The notes below the pieces were generated by a model. It did not search any database and was not told the DNA's origin. It worked only from the letters and a program-made list of their open reading frames with translations. From assembly GCA_035221665.1 (NCBI GenBank), contig CM069135.1, positions 33,232,001-33,296,000 of the forward strand: DNA of 64,000 nucleotides, written 5' to 3'. This stretch comes from Okamejei kenojei (Eukaryota). Shown piece by piece: positions 26,204 through 38,904 of this stretch; the stretch's first letter is position 1; each line of letters starts with the position of its first letter. Both the position numbers and the translations under genes were made by a program.

Positions 26204-27667
26204 TCAACTTTTAATGTTTTACCTTTGCAGAAAATCGAGGTTTAATGACTATAAATATTTTCTTTTAACCCTTAATGGAATCCAGATAATAATACATTTT
26301 GCTGAAGATATCTTTACCTTATGGATATTTTATACTTACAATTCTTGCATTAAGCAACCTTCATTAATTTTCCTTTAGGCAACGGATTACATGCAACATG
26401 TTTACAATACAGTACTGCCTTACAATACTTGTTATACATTTTTTTGCACAGAGTTTTGCTTGTTTTGATAAAATACATATTGGGTCCATTGGAGTCATTG
26501 TGTTGGGATGAAGAGACAATCATTAAGAATGACAGGCTCAAGGGGACAAATGGCTTTCACCTCCTTTTGAATTTTTCTAGAAGAGATTTGAAACAATACA
26601 AAAAATTAAACCCCTTCACATCTCACTCCTTTGGCTGTATCCTAACATCGTTAACAGTTTTTAATTGGTTACTTTGCTTATCACATCATAGCACATCAGT
26701 TTTTAATTAATCATTGCTTGACTTTGGTCATGCTATCTTGTCCAGAAGAAATCCATTGGCTGTGAAGTACTTGGAGACAATCTGAAGTATGAAAGGCACT
26801 ATATCCATGCAAAATATTTTCAATATCACCGTCCCAGCCCCAGACAAGACAAATTGTACTGAAGAAACAGTTATCCTTGTAGACGATTTTCAGCCAACGA
26901 GAGGGCAATCTGTCCAATGTTAAATATCTCCATAAATGCAGGCACATGAAAGAAAATAGAAGTGACAAAAACACACATCGAGAAGTTGAACGGAATTAGG
27001 AATTAGTAAAAGTAAAAATGAGGGGAAAGAAGGTAGAATGGAGACCACTGGTAAGCAGAAATAATTTCAATCTCTACTGTTATAGTGGTCAAACATTAAA
27101 TTTTACATCATGTATAAATTAAAACTGTAATATCCAAATCATTTTAAAGGCTAATTTGCTTTGAAAAAAGGACTACAAATGGGTAAATTAAAATTGCACA
27201 AATTTGCCATCCGTCTAAAATTTAAAGCAACAAAACCATATACAAACACATCATTTACATTTAAATTCTATAAACCAATAAATTCACTGATTCTTATTCT
27301 CCGTGGCTCTATGCAATAAGTGCTTATGAAATCACGACCGACTAATATTATGAAAGTTGATTGGACGTTCCTCAGCCGTGTGCACCAAAGAAAAATGATG
27401 GTATATTTGTGGCATCTTAAGCAGTAAAGTAAATCACATCAGGAGCGATGTTAATTGGAAGATAATATTGAATTATAGATCTTAGTGTGCGCAAAAATTA
27501 TAAAACATTATTAAATTGAAATTACCATAGTAAGTCAAGAGCAATATGATAGCTTGAAAAGGTGCATATTTTGTTAATGTTGAAACCAAAGGCTAAATTT
27601 CCACTTATGCCCTTTTGCTTACCTCTTGCTACTTTGACAGAAGTACTGAGGCAGAAACAGTATACAT

Positions 27668-27800
27668 GTCAGAAGAAAGATCATGACCCAAAACGTCACC
27701 CATTCCTTCTCTCCAGAGATGCTGCCTGACCCGCTGAATTACTCCAGTATTTTGGGTCTATTTTCAGTTTAAAGCAGCATCTGCAGTTCCTTCCTACACA
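27668..27800 (+). repeat. Penelope-derived repeat, single arm with decayed core
   Basis: cagaagaaagatcatgacccaaaacgtcacccattccttctctccagagatgctgcctgacccgctg. Confidence 0.75.
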
Positions 27801-27809
27801 TGTCAGTTA

Positions 27810-28500
27810 GGTCGCCTTCCAGTGAGCCTCGTGGCAGAAGTCGCCTCCTAGCGAGCAGTGGCTCACCGCTGCGGCAACGAGAAGGAGGTTGCCACTGAGC
27901 TCAGGCTCTGCTCACCCCGTGCACTGGAGACGAGGAAGACGGACTGAGGGCTGTTAAGAGGATTGGTGGCGGGAAGCGGGGCAGGGCCCCGACGGTGGAC
28001 AGGGCCATTGGAGCGTGGGGCTCGGCCCGGCATGTCAACCACAGGCCCGGCACGCTCGGAGAGAGTAGGCCGCTGAGCCCGAACCCTGCTCGCCCCGTGG
28101 ATCGTGAATCGGAGAGGGAGTGGAAGGAGACGGCGACAGACGAAAAGGAACTGCGGGGTCTTACCTTACGCGCTCTCGAGGTCGACTGCTTGAGGCGCCC
28201 TCCCTGGGGAACGAAGGCTGAATAGAGCCAGGCGTGGAGAGGGACGACGGTTCACAGGACGACCGGAATGGAGGAGGAGACGGCTGCAATGGGCCTTTGT
28301 GGCAGCTGCAGCTGGGACTGTAAAATGGCACCAAATGGCACCACTTGCATACGGACTCAGTGGGCTGTTCTGTACATTCTGTACTGACTGGGGCGATTGT
28401 ACTTATGTATGGGGATAGTCTTGCTGAGCAGTATGCAAAAAATTTATTTCACTGTACAAGGTACATGTGACAATAAAGAAACCATTGAACCATTGACCAT
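27810..28500 (+). mobile_element. GC/CpG-rich retroposon with a Rex/Babar-type 3' tail
   Basis: An abrupt GC-rich block ending tttcactgtacaaggtacatgtgacaataaag followed by (aaccattg)n. Confidence 0.55.
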
Positions 28501-28896
28501 GTTGGGGGGAATCCTTCCACTCTTCAGCCAAAAGTATGGGAGAAGTAAAGGAGAACTCCTATGAAACTTTATCTTGCTTATTGCTGTTTTGTTTTCATCT
28601 TTTTGATGTTTATACCCATAGTATATAAAATCCGAACAGCATTTTGCAAAAGGATTAAATCAAATGGAGTAGAATGCCACTTAAAAAGAAACAAGTATGG
28701 ATCCATCTCCAACCACATTTTAACCTTGCACAATGAATCATATCTCTTAACTTGTAACATTAACATAATTAATGTGTAGTCTTTTGAACTGGTCATTCTG
28801 ATACTGTTCAATTTATATCAGGCAAACTTTGTTTTAAAGACATAGCAGCTGAACTAATACCCCTCAACAGATTCAAGAAACACACAGAAGATGTAC

Positions 28897-29874
28897 CTTT
28901 AGGGTAGTATGGCTTTTTTACATGACCATCAGAGGATCTAGACTTCTTCTCATCTCCGACATGATGCCTTGGAATTTGCTCTGAAGCGTCTCTCTTTGCA
29001 GCTTCCATGGCCATTTTTTCTCTCATTGCCTTAGCCCTCTCTGTTTCCAGTGCAATGGCCTTTTCTAACAGAGTCAAATTCCCCTTGGTCATATCAAACA
29101 CCTCCTCAGACCTGTCGGATTTGATTGAGCCAGTGTCATCATCTCTGTCGTGTGACTCTTCTTCCTTAACGCCAGAAGAGAAACCCCTGGAGCGGGGACT
29201 GAGCTGCTCCTCAAGCTTCATCAGGTTGACCATATCTGAATAGTTCCGATCTGACATCCGTCTCGTGACGTCGTCGTCAGCTCTGTTCTGTTGACAGTCA
29301 CTAAAATGATGCTGCTGGTTTCTTTCCTCATGCTGACTCTCACTTAGCTTCCTGGCCAAGTCAAAGCATTGGTTCCGTAGGCACTCAAGACTGCTCAGGC
29401 AAACAGCCTCATCGCTTTCATCAACGGCCTTTTCCAAACCATCACCGGTGGACTTGCACAATCCAAAGTTCGCATTTCTAATTTCATTCTGTATTAAACC
29501 ATCTATACGACCCCTCACACTTGCATTGTCTGAAAGGACCACACCATGTCCTTGTGCCAGTAGTTTAAGTGAGTCCACTGTTTCCCTAACAACGTCACTG
29601 TCAACATCTAAACTCAACTGGCAGGAGTCACTTTTATTGTTTTTTCTAACCCTGCCCCCGTTAGTGTCACTATCATCCTCCAGGCCACGCGCTGTGCTGT
29701 CGCTCATTTCAGACTCTGTCATTGCCCGAAATGCTGCATCTTCAGCTATTTTGCCCAGATTTAATAATGATTTTGCAACAAGCTCATCATAATTGTCATA
29801 TTCATCATTGTTGTTATCATCTTTCTCATTGTCCTGGCTTCTCCTGATATTATCAGATTCTTCTTGAAGGTCTT
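28897..29874 (-). CDS. MYT1L: MYT1L large coding exon (978 nt)
   Basis: Acceptor ttttccattag|AAGACC and donor CCTAAAG|gtacat. Reads EDLQEESDN...[34 protein letters not shown]...[21 protein letters not shown]...[35 protein letters not shown]...HVKKPYYPK. These are MYT1L-diagnostic motifs, and the exon overlaps ORF 28808..29722. Confidence 0.97.
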
Positions 29875-31521
29875 CTAATGGAAAACAAAAAGCAAAACTT
29901 AATTATTTTGTTTTTCGATAAACTGGAGATACAATTAGTCAAAGGGTATTACTCAATTGCCATGAATTCTTCCTGTTTCCTGTTTGAAATGCAGAAACTC
30001 ATGTTCTGCAGGCCGTTTGTCACCTTGAATCTTATGCATCTGATAATTTGCTCTGCATTAACAGCAAAATTTAAGGATTCCATTGGGTCTCTTCCATTCT
30101 CCTACCATCACTTTGGCAGGAAACATGATGAACCCTTTGGGAAACAAGGTAAAAACTGAAAATGAATGTTTACATTTGTACATGCCAGGGGTGTAACAAG
30201 GAGAACCTTGACGGAGTTTCAAAGACTGAATGCCACCACACTGATTGGTGATGAGAGAATGTCACCCATTTGTTTTTCTCAGTACGTCTCCAAATTCTGC
30301 ACCAATCCCAGCAGCAGTTGTCAGAAATGGAAGTACTGATTTAAAAAAAAAATCTGAGTAATTCCTTTTCCTTTCCACAAATTTAAGAAACAGTGAGGCC
30401 AACGATTGTGGTCTCCTGCTGCTCTGACTGAGATCATCAAACTCAGCAAAGACAAGAGATATCACCTGGTATCTTCATGCACTACTCAATCTCACACCAT
30501 ATGTTGCATTTATCTACTGATTTTCAGAATGTCTTTGGTTATATTCTAAATGTATGTAATCGAGCAACACTGAGCATCGTTATTAACAAATGCATGGGTA
30601 TTTGAACTATTTTTCCAATTAATGGGAAATTAATAATAGATTCATCAATAAAGAATACAATTCAGTTTTAGTCCCATGGGATAAGATTGGAATACTGATA
30701 TAAAACTACTGTAAAGAGTAGTTTGAAGATTCAAGATTGTATCTTTATGAAGCTCTATGATAAAGTCATAGAATTCAGCATGCAAGTTAAAATGAACTGA
30801 CTCAAAAAAACAAAACCTGACTGATGGACTAATGTACCTTTAGTCAGTAAATTAAAATGATATACTGGTTTTCCAGCAAATTATCTTTAATTAGGAATGA
30901 TGTTATATTCACCTTTTTCGAAAAGCAAATAATGTCCAAAATAACCGTCCAGTTGCAGAAAATCAGAACTAATTCAAATCCATTAGTGATACAGTTTATA
31001 ATTATTGTACAATTAAAATAAAACCCTGAGCTCGCATACTGTAATTATGACTATATTCAAGTAGATATTCACAGGCTTAATACACACACTTGATGACAGC
31101 GTTTCTAACTAACAGCTTATCTTGAAATTAACAAGCAAATTAAAGAAATGATTGGCATGTCGGAAAAAGTGTAGCTTTTATGTGGCCTCATGGTCGGTTA
31201 ATGAAATTCTTCTCAGCTTCAAAAACAATTTTATGCTGAATCACAATATTGTTTGACAATATATTCAATAGTAAGAGGATTGTTTTAGCAAAGAATCTGG
31301 ACTGTATTGCTGCAGCTCCATAGCCAAGCAAAGCTCCTGAAGAATATCACTCACCACAGGAAATATGAGATCAAAAAACTAATTTGACCCCTTAATTTAT
31401 TTCCATAAAGCAAACTAAAACTGAAAACAATTGAATTTCATCTGGGGAAATCTTTGCATTGACAATAAAAGTGAGCATAAAAAATGTGATTGATTTTTAA
31501 TCTCTTTAGGGCGATTCATAC

Positions 31522-31814
31522 CTTGTTCATTACTCTGATCTTCATACTCCTCATCCTCCTCATCTTCCTCTTCTAATTCATCCTCATCTTCCTCTTCTGC
31601 TTCCACGTCCTCCTCTTCATCTTCCTCCTGATCGTCGTTCTCATCAGAGTATTCCTCATCTTTTTCATCCAGCTCCTCAGTACCATCAGTCTCATAGCAC
31701 TCATCAACAGAAGAGTTATCCGCTCTCAGCAGAAATGTCTTTTTCTTGGGAATTGGTTCAGTTGGTTGCTTGTCTTGTATTTTACGTTTCTTTGCCAATG
31801 GACATCCATAAACA
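31522..31814 (-). CDS. MYT1L: MYT1L coding exon: end of first C2HC finger plus acidic Glu/Asp-rich tract
   Basis: Acceptor ttctctgtag|TGTTTATGGATGTCCA and donor GAACAAG|gtatga. Translates (S)[54 protein letters not shown]...EDQSNEQ, matching MYT1[13 protein letters not shown]. 293 nt, phase 2 to phase 1. Confidence 0.95.
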
Positions 31815-33345
31815 CTACAGAGAAGGGAAGCAGGAATATTAGCACGACAAGAAGAGTTTTCGCGGTTTAGTAGAATAACAACCTAGACAAATAAATTACG
31901 TTAAATAAGGGAATCAATACTGCTGGCTGAGGACTTAGCAGATCCTTCAAAAACTATATTTGAGCATCCCGTACCATGACTGAGCTCATGGAAAATCGCA
32001 GTACATTGGGAATATGTCAAATTTCCTTTTTAGTTCTTTATTAATAATAGGGATTCATCTATCCTGTTGTCTCTGATAAAATTAAAATATATAGTCAGCC
32101 ATGAGAGTTGAATTGTGCACTGCACATTTGCCCCTCTCTGGCAAAATATAACCTCAATTAAATATCAGGAGATTTGAAAACCATGTTTTTTACTCAAAAC
32201 TCATCTTTTTCAAAATAGTTTTCTTCCATCTTGCAAACAATGATATTCAGACGTTCATTTTCTTTAATGTTTTATTCACCTCAGTTATTAGAGCATGAAT
32301 ACAGTTAATTTCCCATTAAATCCTTTCATTAAACGTTGGAATCAGAAATTTATAGCACAAGGTGGTCGATGTGCCACCCACACAATTTTTCATGCATACA
32401 ACCCCACCCCATCTCACACACATCCACCATCCCCAATGCATTAAATTATAAATCTTCGGGCTGAATTCCATTTACTACTTCTGTGCCCATGTAAATATTT
32501 CACTGATATCTGCATCAGTAAGTTGTTTTCTCCTCACCAGTAAGCATGCTACAAATGTTGATGTCAATGGCAAACTTCTTAATCTAGCCATTACTTTCAA
32601 GACCAAAGTATTAATGTATACAAGGTAAAGCAAGAACAGCAAAGAACCTAGTATAAAGCCCTATGCTACCCCACTGAGTTTAACCCACCAGTTAACAAAG
32701 TTTGTGTCAGCCATTCTGCCAGCAAGACCAATTTTAATTCAACTGCATAGTTTTCCTTTTATAGGGTTTTCCTTTTTCTATTAATCAGCAAACGTGACTT
32801 TGCAAATACCTCCTCAAAAACACAATTAAATGAATCACGCTCGACGCCCCTCAACAAAGTTTACCTCAAATATTTTTGAAATTGCTTTATTTTTGTTTAC
32901 AATTTTCCTTTAAATTAATTGCTGGTATTTTCAAAAAGCACATGTAACAAAATGGCAGAAGCTTAGATTTAACTCCACTCCCACGTTAATCAGCAGCAAC
33001 AACTTTCCAATAAATTTCAGGAACAACATCCCAGGAAGATTTAATGGACTGAAATGTTCACTGTAATTAGTAACTAACCAGAAAAGGAAAAGAATAAGAG
33101 ATAAATGGGCTAAATTGCATTGCTCGCTACCCACATAAAAAAGCACAAGCTTGCAATATGGAAGTCAGGAATAAGCTGGTGGTGCCTTTCAGGATGACAT
33201 TTAACACAAAGCTCAGCGATGCTGACCAGAGGGGCTGTACAGACTTCCCCCACAAGCCTCAGTGTGTGGAACCATCCACATTGAATGAAAGGACAATTGT
33301 GGGTAAGGGGATGGTTACTTTGTCTTTATTTAATTTAATATTAAT

Positions 33346-33625
33346 TTAGTTTAGAGATACAACATGGAAACAGGCTCTTTGCCCACCATTAGTCCACTAT
33401 TGATCACCCGTTTACACTAGTTCTATGTTATCCCACTTTCTCATCCACTCCCCATGCACTAGGGACAATTTACAGAGGCCAATTCACCTACAAACCCTCA
33501 TGTCTTTGGGATGTGGGAGGAAACCAAAGCACCCGGAGGAAACCCATGCAGTCACAGGGAGAACATGCAAGATTGAACCCGGGTCTCTGCCGCTGTGAGG
33601 TAGCAGTTGTATCAGCTGCATCAAT
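33346..33625 (-). mobile_element. HE1/V-SINE-like SINE
   Basis: ttagtttagagatacaacatggaaacagg...tttgggatgtgggaggaaacc...gattgaacccgggtctctg. Confidence 0.85.
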
Positions 33626-34049
33626 ATGTCTACCTGAATTAATGTTTTAATTCATTTCTCGCACTTCCAATCAACAGAGACATCCAATAACACTTTAAAA
33701 AGGCTGTGTCAGCACTGAACTGTCAAATAGCCAGTGGGTGATCTGGGGGTTTGAGCTCAGGATCTATCATCTGAGGTCTTGTTGAAACAAGGCCAATGTA
33801 TTTTGTGGGATGACTGCAGAAGCCAGGCCTTGAGGATGTTTGGTCTCACGAGACCGTATAATTCAGATTCAGATTTACATTCACATTTATTGTCACGTGC
33901 ACCAATTAAGGTACAGTGATATTTAAGTTACCATGCAGCCATACAATTAAAAGAACACAACAATGCGTGGCAATGGGAATAGTATAAATGTAAAGTTCAA
34001 GAAGTTAGCCAAATTAAGTAATATTTTAAGTGAAATACAACATATGTGT

Positions 34050-34180
34050 GGCTGAGGAAGGGTCTCGACCCAAAATGTCACCCATTCCTTCACTCCAGAG
34101 ATGTTGCCTGTAGCGCTGAATTACTCCAGCTTTTTGTGTCTATCTTTGGTTTAAACCAGTATCTGCAGTTCCTTCATACA
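34050..34180 (+). repeat. Penelope-derived repeat with a hammerhead-like core
   Basis: CTGAGGAAGGGTCTCGACCCAAAATGTCacccattcc. Confidence 0.75.
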
Positions 34181-37100
34181 TATAAGTGTGACAATCACTT
34201 GAACCCATTAAACTATGATGAAATGCCATAATTTATGTAATCAAATATTTGCAATCAAATATTCTCCTGACTACTGAAATGTTTGTTTATATGTTCACCT
34301 ACATTAATTAAATGGGCATTTAGTTCATGGGTGTGTCATCACAGTGAATGACGGTCTATTTTACAAAGTACATTATATGCCTCCCTTATGAAATATATAT
34401 GTTCTGTTGATAATCACAATGGCAATAAAATATTTCAATTAAATAAATAAATTGATCATTAAGTATAATATTCATCAACCCTGGCAGGTTGGTAGTTGGA
34501 AGATCTGTTGATAACTAAAGCTTTTAAGTGTATCTTAGTGTAATCAATGCTCTTGAACTTGTTGCTATAGATGTGTTTATTTCATTTATTTTCATATAAC
34601 TTCCTTATCAGCTGCCAGATACTTGTGTTCATGTTTTTGTTTACAATTCAATGGCATTATTAAAACTATTATTAAAACAGGCAAAATAAATTATTGTTAA
34701 GGATGATAACATATATAATTGTTTAGATATGGAGGCCTATAATTCACTGTTTTGGCACTATTATTGAAAAGGATCCAAATTGCACTAGTTTTGTGTAAGG
34801 CTAAGATTCTACACTATCTTATTTGCATTTAACTGAACTCCGTAAAACGGCAGAACTAGTGTGTCTAAATATATTTTCAATGAAATTGTGACAAAATATT
34901 CCTTGATATATTTAAGAGTGGTGATCTGGTATAGTTTTATGAAAAGGCATCATTTCAATAATAGTACCATATTAATTAGACGGTTTGGTCCTGTCACAGT
35001 GAGTCATTTGATATTAAAATATACAAAACCATATTAAGAAACTGCACACAATCATCTTCTTGTCATATTGATATACTGTTACCTGCATTTTTAGTATATT
35101 TTAAAAAAAAAAACTACAAAGTTTTAGATAGGTCTTCTTCGTGCCATTGCTCCCATGAGAAATGTGTGATTTAAGGCCATCACAATAGTTCAAAGGTATA
35201 CAAATAGAGAAAACTCACTGATTTACACAAGGTAGGGTTAATTTTATACATGGTTTTCAGCACATTTTTTTTGAAAAATATTCCAAGGGATTAAAAAAAC
35301 TCAGTTTGCATTGCATGTAACATGCACTTAGAAACTCTTTTACTTTTAAGAACATGGGCCAGAGTAGAAGACGCCTTCCCATGAGCCTGTTCTGGCAATC
35401 AATTCGATCATGGCTGATTTTTTGGATGACATGTAATGAAAAGTCCAAGTCCTCTGAACAGGAACTCCAGGCTCTATAGTTTAACCCTTTGAGTTCAGAT
35501 CGAATAGTAGCCTAGATCTTTCAAAGAAAGTTCGCTATTACTTTTCCTGTTCTGTCCAGCAGAAATGTCTGGAAAACACCAGCAAGATACTTTGGTGATA
35601 ATTCCCAGATTGCTTAAAATGTCTTCTGGAGGGCATGGGCTTATTTAGAGGAGCTAAATAAGTCCCTCCCACAAACAAAAGAGAAACATTTTGACAGTCG
35701 ACTGCATAATGTTTTAGCTGGCTTAATCGTAACAGATTAAAAACAGATAAACAAATAACCTAACCCAAAGCCTTAAAATACTTCAATACATTTGCAAAGC
35801 TAAAATACACTTAAGAGACAAGAGACAAGAAAACACACTAAAGTGCCTGAGAGCCAAAATAAATATGCCATAAATTACGTGAAAATCATTTCTCGAAAGA
35901 CCCGATGGGGTTAAAATTTGTCCTCAATAACGAGATGCGCATGCTCACTACTGAACCGACATATATGTGAATACACATTTAGTGGTCATTCCAATGGAAA
36001 CTGCCAGACACTGCAGGGAGGAGTTCTTGATGCAAAGGCCCTGCCTTCCATTCCATCGTGACATTGAAACAAGTTCGGGCTACAAAAACCTTGGGAAATA
36101 AATTAGCTGGCTAAACCTCATACTCTGATGTCGCTAAAACTGCCGAATCTCAAACCATTGCACATTACTGACATTCAGAAATGTTCAAAAATACAAAAAA
36201 ACCTCACCAACAGCTCCATTGTAATTTAAACCTTTTAGTTCTCTTCTGCTATTGTAATCTCTCTCTCTACTGCCCAATTTTGCTGATGTTTTATGACAAC
36301 ATTTTGTTCATAATGCAGTTTTCACCTTGGTCTCAGCAGGTCATGCACCTGTTAGGGAGGCAGCAGGTCCATACACCACGTCAGCAAGCTGAGCACCCGG
36401 TTTGTTGAAGAACCTGTCTTTCAGATGAGTCGTTAAACCAACTGCCTGCCATTAAACCTATCGCTTGGTTAGAGCGTTGAGGAATCAAGGTAATTAAATG
36501 GAATTAAAATTAAAGTGGCCATAATCGAACTGAATAGTTCTTTGTGTCTTCCTTCCTTATTAGAAGTCACATAATATTTAAGATCTGCATTCAGTTAATC
36601 TGGATTATTGACAGATTTGCAATTACCATCAATACCACAGAAATTGATTTCCAAGAACCATGGAGTATGAATTGATAAAGATGTACTGTGCAACTTTTCA
36701 GTACACACACACAGAATATGAAATTAATTTCAATCCTGCAGTTGATCTTGTTTTAAACATACAAATAATCAAGCACTTTTGTGATGCAAGACTTGATTAT
36801 TGTGAAAAGGAAAGCCAATTGTTATATTTAGTTTCTTTACCTATCATAGGCTCGGAGGCAATAAATATCGGAAAATGGTGCTAAAGATCAAAATATTTTG
36901 ATTTTTAAAATTATTTGTCACAGCATGCAGGTACATTTTGCAAGGAAGATTTTTATATTGTGATATATTGGCACAGAAATATCCGCCCCAAATAAAACAG
37001 TTCAGACTGTGGAAGCCATAGAAGGATACGGTCTTAATGAGAGCAAATTAAAATAATGTAGATGGGAAATAAGATCAGTACGGAGGGACGAAGGGCCAGT

Positions 37101-37218
37101 TTCTGTGCCTTACAACTCTATGATTCCATGATATTAAAATGTGATTAGTATCTCAATTCTAAAATTAAAATCATTGAAAATTACCAATTTAAAGCTCATC
37201 AACTATTCCATGGTATAA

Positions 37219-37583
37219 TGGCAAATTTCCAGTGTCCTCTTTTCCAGTTGCCGGATACGCAGTTAAATAGGAGTGATCTTATGCAGACCCAATAGAACTG
37301 ATCTGCCAGTCGTTATTTCCAATTGAGTTGGTTGTTTATTGAGATAGTTGTACAAACAAAGAGATGAACATACCGGGTTTTCCTAATTCTGCATGCAAGT
37401 TGTGGCTGGTTGTTCTGTCCCTGGTCTTGTGAGAACTGTATGCGCTCCCTCCCTGTGCCTGCCCCCTCCTGTCCCCTATGCCCTTATATATATACCACCC
37501 TGTGCATCTAATGACCCCCTCCCCCAAGGGTCCAAAATAATACCGCAAGATATATCTAAGCAAAATAATATGATATGCCAACA
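37219..37583 (-). mobile_element. Probable solo LTR (365 bp)
   Basis: TG...CA termini and ATAA on both flanks (37215-37218, 37584-37587). The minus strand has a TATATATAAG box (about 37483-37494) followed by AATAAA (37335-37340). Confidence 0.55.
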
Positions 37584-37754
37584 ATAAACATAAATGGCTC
37601 CTACACGTGGTCTGCAGAAATCAATTATGCATCCATTGCATTACAGTGTGTAAAAAGACAACTATCTGACCTCAATCAGCAAAATTCAATTCCTTGGATA
37701 CCACACCAACATTACGCAACTTTAAACTGAAAGACGAATTGTCAGCAAGATAGC

Positions 37755-38430
37755 TCTGTAGAGAGCATTGTTACCACCATGTCAGAAGTTTGCAGGTTCA
37801 CCTTTAAGATTTGGCACCAAAATCTAGGCGACTTTTCAACTCGGTAATGACAAAGTTCTGCACAGCCTATTGGCTGTGATATTAGGCCCTTCCAGGTGAA
37901 TACCACAAGGCTGAAGAACACAGCAGCACTCCTAGTGGTTCAACAATACTGATCAATTGACCAGCATTGCTAAAAATAGAAAAACAAAAAAAAACTGCTG
38001 GAGCAACTTAGCCGGTTCCAACTCCAACTCCACCTCTTCCAACCTCAATACACTCAAACCACCTCCTTCCCAGGTACTATCCCCTGTAACCGTGAGAGAT
38101 ATAACACCACTCCCTATACCTCCTCCCTCACATCCATCCAGGGACCTCAGCAGGCCTTTCCAATGAGACAAACATTTCCATACACCTCTAATCTAAATCT
38201 GCAATTACTTCAGCCCTTTGTGGGTTTTTTTTATTGTAAACTAGCATCTGTAGTTCCTTGTATCTACATTGCTAAAAATATGTTGTCTATCTATCTCACT
38301 TTATTTTTGCGAATTTGTGGTTCACAGATTGGCTGTTGTTGTTTCTTGCATTGCAACAGTGGCTGTGTTAAAAAAAAAAACTGGTTGCAGAGTGCTCTGG
38401 AAATTCTCAAGTCTGTTCATCTTTGAAAGC
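37755..38430 (+). mobile_element. Decayed SacSINE1/Deu-SINE-like element containing a Penelope fragment (about 37985-38265)
   Basis: gtcagaagtttgcaggttca...aaaatctaggc head and attggctg...ttgcaacagtggct tail. The inner part reads PGTIPCNRERYNTTPYTSSLTSIQGPQQAF, like 10740-10835. Confidence 0.5.
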
Positions 38431-38904
38431 TAAAATTGTTTTGTAATGAATGCCTCCAACATTTATATTAGACAGTTCTTATATAACTACCTATCAGCAC
38501 ACTGCCTCTGGATATTCCTGTTAATTTTATTTTCCATCCCTTCCAGCTGAGGTGGAATGCTATCCCTAAATTAAACACTACACAAAAATCAGCAATTTGA
38601 CCTTCAAATGTCCGACCTAACATAATTATTTTAGTTCCAATTAAAAATGTGTTTGGACGCACATCTGACATCTGCCTCTGAGGTTAACGTAATTGGCTTT
38701 CATTGAACATTTGTGAGGAGTTTCATCTCGCATTCTCCCTCCCCAGAGATTTTAATTTGGTTCTCCAACTAAATTTTTACATACATGTAAATGTGTTAAC
38801 CTTAAAAATCATCTTTGCAATGAATTATTTGTGCCGCTTAACCTTTTGGCTTTCTTGACTCCAAGATATTGAAACACATAATTTTGAACAATAAAAGTTA
38901 CAGA

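Noticed and set aside
27810-28330. CpG-island promoter near the large exon
   Set aside because: The GC-rich block is continuous with a retroposon 3' tail, so a young repeat explains it better.
28808-29722. 304-aa ORF as a stand-alone gene
   Set aside because: It is an internal exon. The Met is internal and the last 30 or so residues are intron read-through past the donor at 28896.
34200-36200. Repeat-poor stretch as a conserved enhancer
   Set aside because: Plausible for this gene, but conservation cannot be judged from a single sequence.
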